DNA of 64,000 nt from the human T2T-CHM13v2.0 reference genome, Homo sapiens: assembly GCF_009914755.1 (NCBI RefSeq), contig NC_060926.1; one strand, written 5' to 3'. Every line of letters starts with the position of its first letter. Positions within the stretch are counted from its first letter, which is position 1. Below, piece after piece: positions 39,757 to 54,997 of the stretch. A program made the translations under genes and the position numbers. The notes beneath the pieces were generated by a model. It searched no databases. It saw only the letters and a list, made by a program, of their open reading frames with translations, and had not been told where the DNA came from.

Positions 39757-41069
39757 TCAGGCCAGAATATTTCACTGGAGAATTCTGCCAAACATTTTTT
39801 AAGATGAATAATTTACACAATGTTTTCCAGAGAGTGTAAGAGGAGGAAACACTTCTCAACTGTGAATGAGGCTGGTTTTAGCCTGATACCAAAATAAGAC
39901 AAATAAAGTGCCAAAAAACAGACAACAAAAGCCCTCCAAACCCAAAAACTACAGACCAATAACTTCCATGAACTTAGATGCAAAAATCCTCAATGAAACA
40001 TTAACAAACTGAATCAAATAGCATATAAAATTATTATAATATATAAAAATTGTACATCATGGCTGAGTGTTGTAGATATGGAAAGCTTGTTCCACATTTG
40101 AAAGTCAATATATCCTCCCATATAAATAAGTCAAAGAGGAAAAAATAATGCGATCAAATTAATTGCTGTAGAAAATGCATTTGACAAAAATCCAATACTC
40201 ATTCATGGCAAAAATATCCAGCCAGTTGAAAAAGAGGCAAATTACCTCCACAAAAACAAAAGCAAGCCAAAATTAACATTATACTTAATAGTAAAAGACT
40301 AAATGACTCTTATAATATAAAAACAAGGCACAGATATCTACAACCACCTTTCTAATATTACTGGAATTTCTAGTCATTGCAGTAAGGCTAAATAAATAAA
40401 TAAATAAAATACACACAAGTTGGAAAAGAAGAAAGTAAAGGATTTCTATTTGTTTATGACATTATTGTCTATGTGTAAAATGCCAAGGAGCCTACAAAAA
40501 ACTCTTCTAATTAATAAATGAACTCAATAGAGTCACAAAGTACAAGATTAATACCAAAAATATCAAACATATTCCTGTACATTAACAATGAACAAGTAGA
40601 AACCAATATTTAAGACATAATGTCATTTACAATTGCTATTAGGAAAATTAAATACTTAGGTATACACTTAACAAAACAAATATAGGATCTGTTTTCTGAA
40701 AATTACAAAATGCTCATAAAATAAATGTTTATGGGTTGGACCGCTCATCACAGTAAAGATGCCAATTCTTACCAAATTAGCCTATAGGTTTAATGCAATT
40801 TCTATCAAAATTCTAGCAAGTTTTTTTTCACAGACATAAAAAAGATTATTCTACAGTGCATATGGGAAGGCACAGGACTTAAAATTGTTACAACAATATT
40901 GGCAAGGAAGAATAAGACAGGAGTAATCACTCCACTGATTTTAAGGCTTTGTATATAGCTGCAGCAATCAAAACAATATAGTATTGTCAGAAGGATGTGC
41001 AAATAGATCAATGGAACAGAATATAGTACCTAGAAATAGACCAAAGCATAATGTTTGATATTTAAAAAA

Positions 41070-42790
<1,721 letters not shown>

Positions 42791-45700
42791 AACCAATTTT
42801 TGGTAACGAGGCAAAAGCAAGTACAAGGAAGATGCACTTAATTACGGCAAATGTCCCAGAGCAACTGGGCAACCAAAAGCCAAAAACTTAAACCTCATAA
42901 TCCTCATAAAAACCCAAAATGAAGTATAGACAAATTTAAGATGTAAAACACAAAAATTTAGAAATGAAATAGGAGGAAATTTGGGAGATCTATGGCTAGG
43001 TTCTTAGACATAACACTATAACCATGATCCATGAAAAAGAAATTAATAAATTGGACCTATGCAAATGTTTAAAACTTTGCTATGTGGAAGTTCTTGTGGA
43101 GAGAATGAATGACAAGCTAGAGAGTGAGAAAACCACATCTGATAAAGGGCTAGTATCTAGAACATAAAAAACTATTTGAGCTCAACCATAAAAGAACAAA
43201 TAATCCAGTTATCAAATGAGCAAAAAACACTAACAGATACTTTACCCAAAGACACACACATAGAAAATAAACACATGAAAAGATGTTCAACATTAGGCAA
43301 ATAGAAATTAAAACCAATATCAGCTATCTCTATACAGCAGTTAAAATACCCCAAATATAAAATAATTACAATTCCCCAAATTGGTGATGATACAGTGAAA
43401 TGGAGTCACTCTTAGATTTCTGGTAGGAGTATAATATAGTAGAGCCACTTTCAAAACCACTTTGGCCTTTTTTTAAAAAAACTAAACATCAAGTACTAAA
43501 AGACCCACAATTATACTCCTTGGCATTTACTCAGAGAAATGAAAACTTATGTTTACACAAAAACCTTATATTTTTACATATGTTGATAGCAGCATTATTT
43601 GTAGTAGTAAAAAACTGCAGTCAGCTCAGCTGTCATTCAGTAGATCAATGTTTAAACAAAAGATGGTGCACGCATACAATGGAATATTACTCAGCAATAA
43701 AAAGGAATGAACTATTGATACATGCAAAAATTTGAACAAATCTACAGGGAATAAAACTGGATTAAAAAACTCTCAAATCCCCAAATGGTATGTTACATGG
43801 TTTATGACATCATTTTTATAAGATTTATGAAATAACAAAGTTTTAGAAACTGAAAGTAGATTAGTGGTTGTCCAGTGTTAGGGACAGGGAGATGGGGAAG
43901 GCAGGGAAGTGGATATTTTTGGACCATATCCACCATAGTAGGGATAGCCATATATATTCATATCCCCACCAGGGATGTGGATACTCGGACCACATAAAGG
44001 ATCCTTGGGATTTTGGAGCTATTCAGTATCTCGACTGTGGTGTATAATGAACTTATACAAAATTTTTTTAGAACTAAATACACACACATGAGTATAAGTA
44101 AAACTGGACAAATCTGGATAAGATTGCTGGTTTGTGTCCATAAGGATATTCGGTTGTGATGTTATACAGTAGTTTTGCAAAATGGTATAACTATGGGAAA
44201 TTGAATAATGTAAAATGATCTTTAAGAATTATTTTCTAATTGTATGTGAATCTTCAGTTATTTCTGTACAATTTCAAATAAACATAGTATGAAAGATTAA
44301 CAATGATTGCTAATAAACTGTTGCCACAAATAAGAAAAAAGAAGCCTGCAGAATGTAGGAACCTCTGAAGGCTGTAGACTTTGGCATCAGCAGTCAGTAC
44401 GGGCACAATAATCAAAGTCTATGAAGGATCGGACTCTGCCTCAGCAGATGCCAGTGCAGAAGGGTGAGCAGCTCAGATCAAGCAGGAAGAGACACCTCAA
44501 TGAGACCAGGAAGAACTAATGTATACTCCTTCCCTGGAACTTGCGCAAAGCCTCTCTCCCTACCCTTTCTTGAACTTCAATCATTGCCAGAACCAAGGGA
44601 CAGACTAGAGGGAAAGTGAGGGAAACTCTGAAAGACTATTTTCCAGGAAGTAACTAAACATTAACATGGACACTGTCTGAAATAATGCTACCTGAATATG
44701 GTTAAACATAACTGGGTTGGACTAGATAGACAGGAGTAAAATAGTCTAAGTCAATCAGTTTATGTGAATAAGGAGCTTGAGAGAAAACTTGAGTGCAATT
44801 TTTTTAAAGTAATGTTAATTTTTTTTGCATATGTGACTCATAGTTTACAAATTTAAATCTTACTGAAATAATTGCATTATATACTCAGTGTATTTGAATA
44901 TGGAGCTACAGGAGTGATGCGAAACCTGGAAAGTCTTAATAGGTCAGTTTCTGCTCAGCATCTACTTCAGAGCATCCTTGGAAATCTACTCCATCCTTTG
45001 GAGAGACCAAGTCCTTGAAGATAAGGAGACAAATGGTTGATGCCCAGAAATTTCCTGCCTGCGAATTCCTGAAGCTCAGTTGAGGACAATGCAAATCCTT
45101 CCTCATAAATTAGAATGACAATCTGTATTCCAAATAACCTGTGTAGAACTACCCAGTAGCAGAGCTGTGGCTGGATGAGCAAAGTAGAATTTTGAGCTGC
45201 CTTGAGATATGTAACCTAAATACAAAGAGCATTTTCTGGATTGTATAACAAAATTTTCTACTGAGATTTCTTCCTCACTGTCTCAAGGGATCCAGAATCC
45301 TTTATCAGCTCCTGCTAAATAATGTAATACGAGCTTTACTCCTTTATAATATTTTAATCATCAGCTTGAATTTTTAGCTATTAGAAAAAGTGTCTAGTCC
45401 AGTTGTTCCTAATTGTTCCCCGTTTTGTTATTTTCCCCTCTGACCTCATATAATAAGCTGTCTATTTCCCTATGTATAATTTTTAGAGCCACACATAACT
45501 AAGTATGCAACAAAGTGTCAAATAGCAATTGTTCAATTTCCATTAGGCTTTCAAAAATTGCTGGGCCTGGTTTTTAAAGCTTCCTTACCACAGTTTTTAG
45601 ATTCCTTGCATCCTAGAAATCAAGTACTGAAACCACTGTCACACTGGATGATTTTTTTTTTAACAATTCCTGAGTCATCTCTTTAGCATGATTAGAATAA

Positions 45701-48541
45701 CATGAGAGCCATTTGCTAAAGTTGTAAGATTTTTAAATAGAAGACATGCTTTATGAGCAGCTATTCACTTATGCATGGCTTGAGCTTCTCGGGAAGTTTT
45801 CTTCCAAGTTATCCTTGAAAGTATCATAATATTTTTATTTTATTTTGTTTTAGTATATTGTCATTTATGAAGCAATATTACATAGGTCATATATGAAGTA
45901 ATACATATATAATATTGTTATATATGATGTAATAGTATATATGTTATATATGAAGTAATACATGCTTGATGTGAACAGTATCTGAAAAGTTCCAAAGCCA
46001 AGATTATATATTCACAGCAAAGAATCTCAGTTGTTAGAACAATGTACCTAGTGTGTTAGGCCTGCTTTATCTCAGAAAGAGTTGGTAGATTTGAGTCCAG
46101 ACACTATCTATGTTTCTCATAGTTAATTTAATACTGGTTGCCTGTTAGAGTGATAAAAATTCAATGGAATCATGAAAAAGAATAAAATATTCATTATTTT
46201 TAGTGAGAGGGGATGTTCTTGATCTTCTTTTCTTGCCGTAGCCTCTCTTAGTATCTTCCAAAAATGTTCATCATTTTACAGAAAAGTGTTCTTACTGCCA
46301 AATGTTTCCAATGAAAAAACAATCATCCGCATTCAAATTATTTTGTACTAAGATACTTTAATAAATTGCTCTATTAAGCAATCATCACTAATTGAGTTAG
46401 TGTAGTATTTTGAGGGAAAGAATAAAATGAGAAATGTAAATAAATGCAGATAATTGAAAATGGGCTGGAGTTCCAGAGAATTTCCTCTGTATTGAATACA
46501 TTCTGAAACCCATTCTTATAAAATTCAAGTGAACTGCAGAACAAAAGATGAGATGATTAAAGGAGCATTGTGATAGATTAGTGAGTCAATGAATGGCTAT
46601 AAGTAGTGGGAACTGGGAAATCTCTCCTCTGAAGCAGAAAAATTGTAAGGAGAATATGGATCGAAGAAGAGAAAATAAAGCGGAGTCAAAAAGAAAAGAG
46701 AAATTAAGAGAACAGAATGAAGGAATTAAAAAAGAAAGTATAACAAATGTAAAATATTTCCCTTGACAATGCTGTATCTAAAATGAATAAGCTATTAATA
46801 CTTGATTTCATAAATATAGATGAAAAGTAAAACATCGGGTAAATTGTCAGCAAGTATTAAGATATTTGCAAGTAGTTTAAACATCTGTATCATTTAATTT
46901 TTCACTTTGGCAGCATAGATATTGGTGTATTCTTCCCTATTTTCCTCATCTGTCTTCATTTAGGTTGGAAATGGATATTCTAAATAATGAATATCCCATA
47001 GCACTTATCTGTAACCTAACTAGATTTCATCAGTAACTTTTACAGTTCTCCTGAGATAATGCCATGCTTTCTGATGCTATATTAAAAGTACTTTTTATAT
47101 TTGTTAGTTGCAACTGGATGATGTTGTTTTCTAAAAAGGAAAATGGATTTGCTATTCATCATAACTGCTGTCTTTTACTGAAAATAAAAAGAAAATATTT
47201 TTGGTTGCTGATGAGTGTGTTTGAACTATTGTATTGAGACAACTCACTTAAAGATTTAAATCTCAAATTTACTAGATAAGACACACTAAAAAACAAAAGG
47301 GTCTCCCTCTCATCAACAAGAGGAGTAAACCTTTCACTCTTTTCTCCTCTGAGCCTGGTTATTTTAGTCCAGGTGATTTTTATATATTACTCACGAACTT
47401 GATACAACCATGTTTCTAGGTAATTGAACTTTTACCATACGGTTTAACTTATTGTTGAATTTAAACTCAACAGTTGCTATGCTTTGTAGCAGAATCTATG
47501 GTGGGATACCGCAGCTTATAATACCATTGATTAATTTCCAAGTACCTTTCAGATTTTATTGCACAGTGTCCTGCTTTCACTATCTAATAAAATATTCTGC
47601 TCTTTCATAATTGTTTTAACTTTAATGCTTATTTTGGTATTTCTCCTTTTCTTCTCTCATTTATTTTCATTTCTTAGTTTCCTTTTTTAAGCCTCTGAGC
47701 TATTTTTAAGTCATCATAGACATTATGGGGTACCTCTTTTAAAATGACATGGATTTATGATTTTTTGGACTTACGGTTGTTATCCCTATTCCATAAAATT
47801 TTGTTTTCTTCTCAAAGTTAGCACCTTATATTTTAAAAATAAATTATATAATTATATTTCATGTTGAATTCTGGCATATATATATACACTTGTCTTCTTA
47901 CTTTCCTTTGTGGATAATTTGTTGTTGGCATATAGAAAGACAACTGAATTTTTATGACAATTTCATATATATATATGTGCGTGTGTGTGTACACATGTAT
48001 ATATGTATATATATATATGCTTTGGCTATTTCCTTTATTCTTTTAAAAATTATTATTATAAGAACTCTTAACATGAGATTTTTCCCTATTCAGTGTTTAT
48101 GTGTTCAATACAGTATTATTAACTGCAGGCACAATGTTGTAAAACAGACCTCTGGAACATAATCATTTTGCATAGCTGAAACTTTGTACCTCTTGAATAT
48201 CAATGACCCATCCCCTTCCCTCTAGTCCCTGGCATCCACTGTTCTACCCTCTGCTTACATGTATTTGACTATTTTATATCCTTCATCTAAGTGGCATCAT
48301 GAAGTATTTGTCCTTTTCTTTTAACAGTGTTCTCAAGGTTCATCCATGTTGTCACAAATGACAGAATTTCCTTTTTTAAAAGACTGAATAATATTTCATT
48401 GTTTGTATATACAATATTTTCTTTAACCATCTGTCTATAAATGGACACTTAGATTGTTTCCACAGGTTGGCTACCATGAATAATGTTACAATGGACATAG
48501 CAGTGTAAATATTTCTTTGAGATCTACATTTCAATTCTTTT

Positions 48542-49159
<618 letters not shown>

Positions 49160-49244
49160 TAAGCAATTTTTAATCAGGTTGTTTTTTCTTTGCTATTGAA
49201 TTGAAGAAGTTCTTTATATATTTTGGATATTAACATTTCATCAG

Positions 49245-49960
49245 TCTCACACCAGTTAGAATGGCAATCATTAAAAAGTCAGGAAACAACAGGTGCTGGA
49301 GAGGATGTGGAGAAATAGGAACACTTTTACATTGTTGGTGGGACTGTAAACTAGTTCAACCATTGTGGAAGTCAGTGTGGCGATTCCTCAGAGATCTAGA
49401 ACTAGAAATACCATTTGACCAAGCCATCCCATTACTGGGTATATACCCAAAGGACTATAAATCATGCTGCTATAAAGACACATGCACACGTATGTTTATT
49501 GCGGCATTATTTGCAATAGCAAAGACTTGGAACCAACCCAAATGTCCAACAATGATAGACTGGATTAAGAAAATGTGGCACATATACACCATGGAATACT
49601 ATGCAGCCATAAAAAATGATGAGTTCATGTCCTTTGTAGGGACATGGATGAAATTGGAAATCATCATTCTCAGTAAACTATTGCAAGAACAAAAAACCAA
49701 ACACCGCATATTCTCACTCATAGGTGGGAATTGAACAATGAGATCACATGGACACAGGAAGGGGAACATCACACTCTGGGGACTGTGGTGGGGTGGGGGG
49801 AGGGGGGAGGGATTGCATTGGGAGATATACCTAGTGCTGGATGACGAGTTAGTGGGTGCAGCACACCAGCATGGCACATGTATACATACGTAACTAACCT
49901 GCACAATGTGCACATGTACCCTAAAACTTAAAGTATAATAAAAAAAAAAGAAAAAAAAAA
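49245..49960 (+). mobile_element. Young 5'-truncated L1PA2-like element
   Basis: Intact ORF2 C-terminus (49261-49734), 3' UTR with GAG at the position where L1HS-Ta has ACA, poly-A. Target-site duplication aacatttcatcag at 49232-49244 and 49961-49973. Confidence 0.95.
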
Positions 49961-50839
49961 AACATTTCATCAGATATGCCATTTGCAAATATTTTCTCCC
50001 ATTCAGTAAGTTGTCTTTTTGCTCTGTTAATTGTTTCCTTTGTTATGCAGAAGATTTTTAGTTTGATGTGTTCTTGCTTGTCTATTATTGCTTGTTTCCT
50101 ATGCTTTTGGTGTCATATGCAAAAAATCACTGCCAAGACCAATGTTGTAAAGCTTTTTCCTAATATTTTCTTTGAGGAGTTTTACTGTTTCAAGTATTTA
50201 TGTTTAAGCCTCCAATCAATTTGAAGTTTATTTTTGTGTATGATATAAGGTAAGAGTCCAATTTCATTATTTTGCATGTTGGATATACATTTTTTCCAAA
50301 ACAATTTGTTGAGGAGACTATCCTCTTCCCATTGTGCATTCGAAGCAACTTTGTAGAAGTTCAGTTAATTGTATATGCATGGGTTTATTTTGCAGCTCTC
50401 TATTCTGTTCCATAGGCTTATATGTCTGTCATTGTGCCAGTAACACACTGTTTTAATTACTGTGGCTTTACTTATACTTTGTATTTATTTATATTTATCT
50501 TTATTTATATTTTGAGATCTGGAAGTATGATGTCTCCAGCTGTATGGTTCTTAAGATTGTTTTGGCTATTTGTGGTTCTTTGTGGTTCCACATGAATTTT
50601 AGAATTTTTTTTTTTATATTTTTGGAAAAAAATACTATCAGAATTTTGATAAGAATTGCATTGAATGTATAAATTCCTTTGAATGTCATGGATATTTTAA
50701 TGATATTGAGTCTTCTAATCCATGGACACAGAATGTCTTTCCAGTTCTTTGTGCCTTCTTTAATTTCATTCATCAATGTTCGATAGTCTTTAATATATAA
50801 GTATTTTATTACTTCTTTGGTAAGTTTACGCTTGAATAT

Positions 50840-50860
50840 TCTTTTCTTTTCTCTTCAAAG

Positions 50861-50891
<31 letters not shown>

Positions 50892-53800
50892 ACAGCAGGA
50901 TACATGTGAAAACGTGCATGTTTCTTACATAGGTATACTGTGTGCCATGGTGGTTTGCTGCATCTATTGACCCATTCTCTAAGTTCCTCCACTCACCCCC
51001 CAACCTCACAACAGGCCCTGGTGTGTGTTGTTCCCCTCTCTGTGTTCATGTGTTCTCAATGTTCAACTCTCATTTATGAGTGAGAACATGCAGTGTTTGG
51101 TTTTCTGTTCCTGTGTTAGTTTGCTTAGGTTGATGGCTTCCAGCTTCATCCATGTCACTGCAAAGGACATGATCTCAATCCTTTTTATGGCTGCAGGGTA
51201 TTCCATGGTATATATGTACCACATTTTATTTATCCAGTCTATCATTGATGGGCATTTGGGTTGGTTCCATGTCTTTGTTATTGTAAATAGTGCTGCAGTA
51301 AACATATGTGTGCATGTGTCTTTATAGTAGAATAATTTATATTCCTTTGGCATATACCCAGTAATGGGATTGCTGGGCCAAATGGCATTTCTGGTTCTAG
51401 ATCCTTGAGGGATCACCATACTGTCTTCCACAATGATTGAACTAATTTACATTCTAACCAACATTGTAAAGGCATTCCTATTTCTTCACAGTCTTGCCAG
51501 CATCTATTATTTCATGACTTTTTAATAATAACTATTTGGACTGGCATGAAATGGTATCTCATTGTGGTTTTGTTTTGCATTTCTTTGATCATCAGTGATG
51601 TTGAGCTATTTTTCATGCGTTTGCTGGTTGTATAAATGTCTTTTTTTTTTAAGAATTATCTTTCATATCCTTTGCCCACTTTTTGATGGGGTTGTTTTTT
51701 TCTTGTAAATATATTTAAGTTCCTTGTAAATTCTGGATATTAGATGTTTGTCAGACAGATAGGTTGCAAAAATTTTCTCCCATTCTGTAGGTTGCCTGTT
51801 CACTCTGATGATAGTTTCTTTTGCTGTGCAGAAGCTCTTTAGTTTAATTAGATCTCATTTGTCAGTTTTGGCTTTTGTTGCAATTGCTTTTTGTATTTTA
51901 GTCATAAAGTCTTTGCCCATGCCTATGTCCTGAATGGTATTGCCTAGTTTTCTTCTAGGATTTTTATGGTTTTGGGTTTTACAGTTAAGTCTTTAATACA
52001 TCTTGAGTTAATTTTTGTATACGGTGTAAGGAAGGGATCCAGTTTCAGTTTTCTGCTTATGGCTAGCCAGTTTTCCCAGCACCATTTGCTGAATAGGAGA
52101 TCATTTCCCCATTGCTTGTTTTTGTCAGCTTTGTCAAAGATCAGATGGTCGTAGATGTGTGGTGTTATTTCTGAGGTCTCTGTTCTGCTCCATTGGTCTA
52201 TATGTCTGTTTTGGTACCAGTGCCATGCTGTTTTGGTTATTGTAGCCTTCTGGTATAGTTTGAAGTCAGGTAGGGTGATGTCTACGGCTTTGTTCTTTTC
52301 ACTTAGGATTGTCTTGACTATACAGGGTCTTTTTTGATTCCGTACGAAATTTAAAATGTTTTTTTCTAATCCTGTGAAGGATGTCAATGGCAGTTTTGTG
52401 GGAATAGCATTGAATGTATAAATTACTATGGGCAGTATGGCCATTTTCATGACATTGGTTCTTCCTATCCACGAAGATGGAATGTTTTCTCATTTGTTTG
52501 TGTCCTCTCTAATTTCCTTGAGTGGTGGTTTATAGTTCCCCTTGAAGAGGTCCCTCACATTCCTTGTTAGCTGTATTCCCAGGTATTTTATTCCCTCGGT
52601 AGCCATTGTGAATGGGAGTTCATTCATGGTGTGGCTCTCTGCTTGCCTATTGTTGGTGTAAAGAAATGCTTGTAATTTTTGCACGTTGATTTTGTATTCT
52701 GAGACTTTGTTGAAGTTGCTTATCAGTTCAAGAAGTTTTGGGGCTGAGATGATGGGGTTTTCTAAATATATAATCTGCAAACAGAGACAACCTGACTCCC
52801 TCTCTTTCTATTTGAATACCCTTTATTTCTTTCTCTTGTCTGATTACCTTGGCCAGAACTTCCAGTCCTATGTTGAATAGGAGTAGTGAGAGAGGGCATC
52901 CTTGTCTCGTGCCAGTTTTCAAAGGGAATGCTTCCAGCTTCTGCCCATTCAATATGATATTTGCTATGGGTTTGTCATAAACAGCTTTTATTATTTTGAG
53001 ATATGTTCCATCAATACCTAGTTTATTGAGAGTTTTTAACATGAAGGGATGTTAAATTTTATCAAAGGCTTTTTCTGCATCTACTGAGATAATCCTGTGG
53101 TTTTTGTCTTTGGTTCTGTTTATGTGATGGATTACATTTATTCATTTGCGTATGTTGAACCAGCCTCACATCCCAGGGATAAAGCCGAGTTGATTGTGGT
53201 GGAAAAGCTTTTTGATATGCTGCTGGATTCGGTTTGCCAGTAGTTTATTGAGGATTTTCACATCGATGTTCATCAGGGATATTGGCTTGAGAAGCACTAA
53301 ACGTGGACAGGTAAAACCAGTAACAGCCATTGCAAAAACACACAAATATATAAAGATCAATGACAATGAAGAAACCGCATCAGCTAGTATGCAAAGTAAC
53401 CAAACAGCATTATGATGACAGGATTAAATTTCAACATAACAATACTCACCTTAAATGTAAATGAGCTAAATGCCCCAATTAAAAGACAAAGATGGGCAAA
53501 TTTGATAAGGACTCAAGACCCATCAGTGTGCTGTATTCAGGAGACCCATCTTACGTGCAAAGACACACACAGGCTCAACATGAAGGGATGGGGGAAAATA
53601 TACCAAGCACCTGGAAAGCAAAAAACAGTAGGTGTTGCAATCCTCATCTCTGACAAAACAGACTTTAAACCAACAAAGATCAAAAAAGACAAAGAAAGGT
53701 ATTACATAATGGTAAAGGGAACAATTCAACAAGAAGAGCTAACTGCTCTAAGTGTATATGCACCCAACACAGGAGCACCCAGATTCATAAAACAAGTTCT

Positions 53801-54997
53801 TAAGACCCACAAAGAGATTTAGATTCTCACACAATGATAGTGGGAGACTTTAACACCCCACTGTCAGTATTGGACGGATCGATGAGACTGAAAATTAACA
53901 AGGATATTCAGGACTTGAACTCAGCTCTGGATCAAGTGGTCCTCGTAAATGTCTACAGAACTGTCTTCCCCAAATCAAGAGAATATACATTTTTCTCAGT
54001 GCCATATGGCACTTATTCTAAAACTGAACACATAATTGGAAGTAAAACACTCCTTAGCAAATGCAAAAGAACTGAAATCATAACAAACAGTTTCACAGAC
54101 CACAATGCAATCAAATCAGAACTCAGGATTAAGAAACTCACTCAAAATCACACAATTACATGGAAATTGAACAACCTGCTCCTGAATGACTCCCGGATAA
54201 ATAATGAAATTAAGGCAAAAATCAAGAAGTTCTTTGAAACCAATGAGAACAAAGAGACAACGTACCAGAATCCCTGGGACACAGCTAAAGCAGTGTTAAG
54301 AGGGAAATTTAAAGCACTAAATGCCCACATTAGAAAGCTAGAAAGATCTCAAATCAACACCTTAAAATCACAATTAAAAGAGCTAGAGAGGCAAGAGCAA
54401 GCTAATCCAAAAGCTAGCAGAAGACAAGAAATAACTAAGATCAGAGCAGAACTGAAAGAGATAGAGACATGAAAAACCCTCCAAAAAATCAACAAACCCA
54501 GGAGATGGTTTTTTTGAAAAAAATAAATCAATAGATAGACCACTAGATAGACCAATAAGGAAGAAGAGAGAGAAGACTCTCTCAATAAAAAATGATAAAG
54601 GGGATATCACCACTGACCCCACAGAAATACGAACTACAATCATAGAATACTATAAACACTCTGCAAATAAACTAGAAAATCTAGAAGAAATGGATAAGCT
54701 TCTGGATGCATACACTGTACCAATACTAAAGTAGGAAGAAGTTGAATCCCTGAATAGCCCAATAACAAGTTCTGGAATTGAGGCAGGAATTAATAGCCTA
54801 CCAGCCAAAAAAAGCCCAGGACCAGAAGGATTCACAGCTGAATTCTACCAGAAATACAAAGATGAGCTGGTACCATTCCCTCTGAGATGATTCCAAAAGG
54901 AGGGACTCCTCCCTAACTCATTTTATGAAGTCATCATCATCCTGATACCAAAACTGGGAAGAGATGCAACAAGAAAAGAAAACTTCAGGCCAATATT
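50840..54997 (-). mobile_element. Mid-age L1PA (about PA8-13) with 5' inversion
   Basis: Minus segment 50840-53287 (3' UTR to RT) and plus segment 53289-54997 (ORF1 end, ORF2 endonuclease from 53412). Confidence 0.93.

Noticed and set aside
49261-54472. L1 ORF2 fragments as functional endonuclease or reverse transcriptase genes
   Set aside because: All truncated, inverted or frameshifted, so no retrotransposition-competent element.
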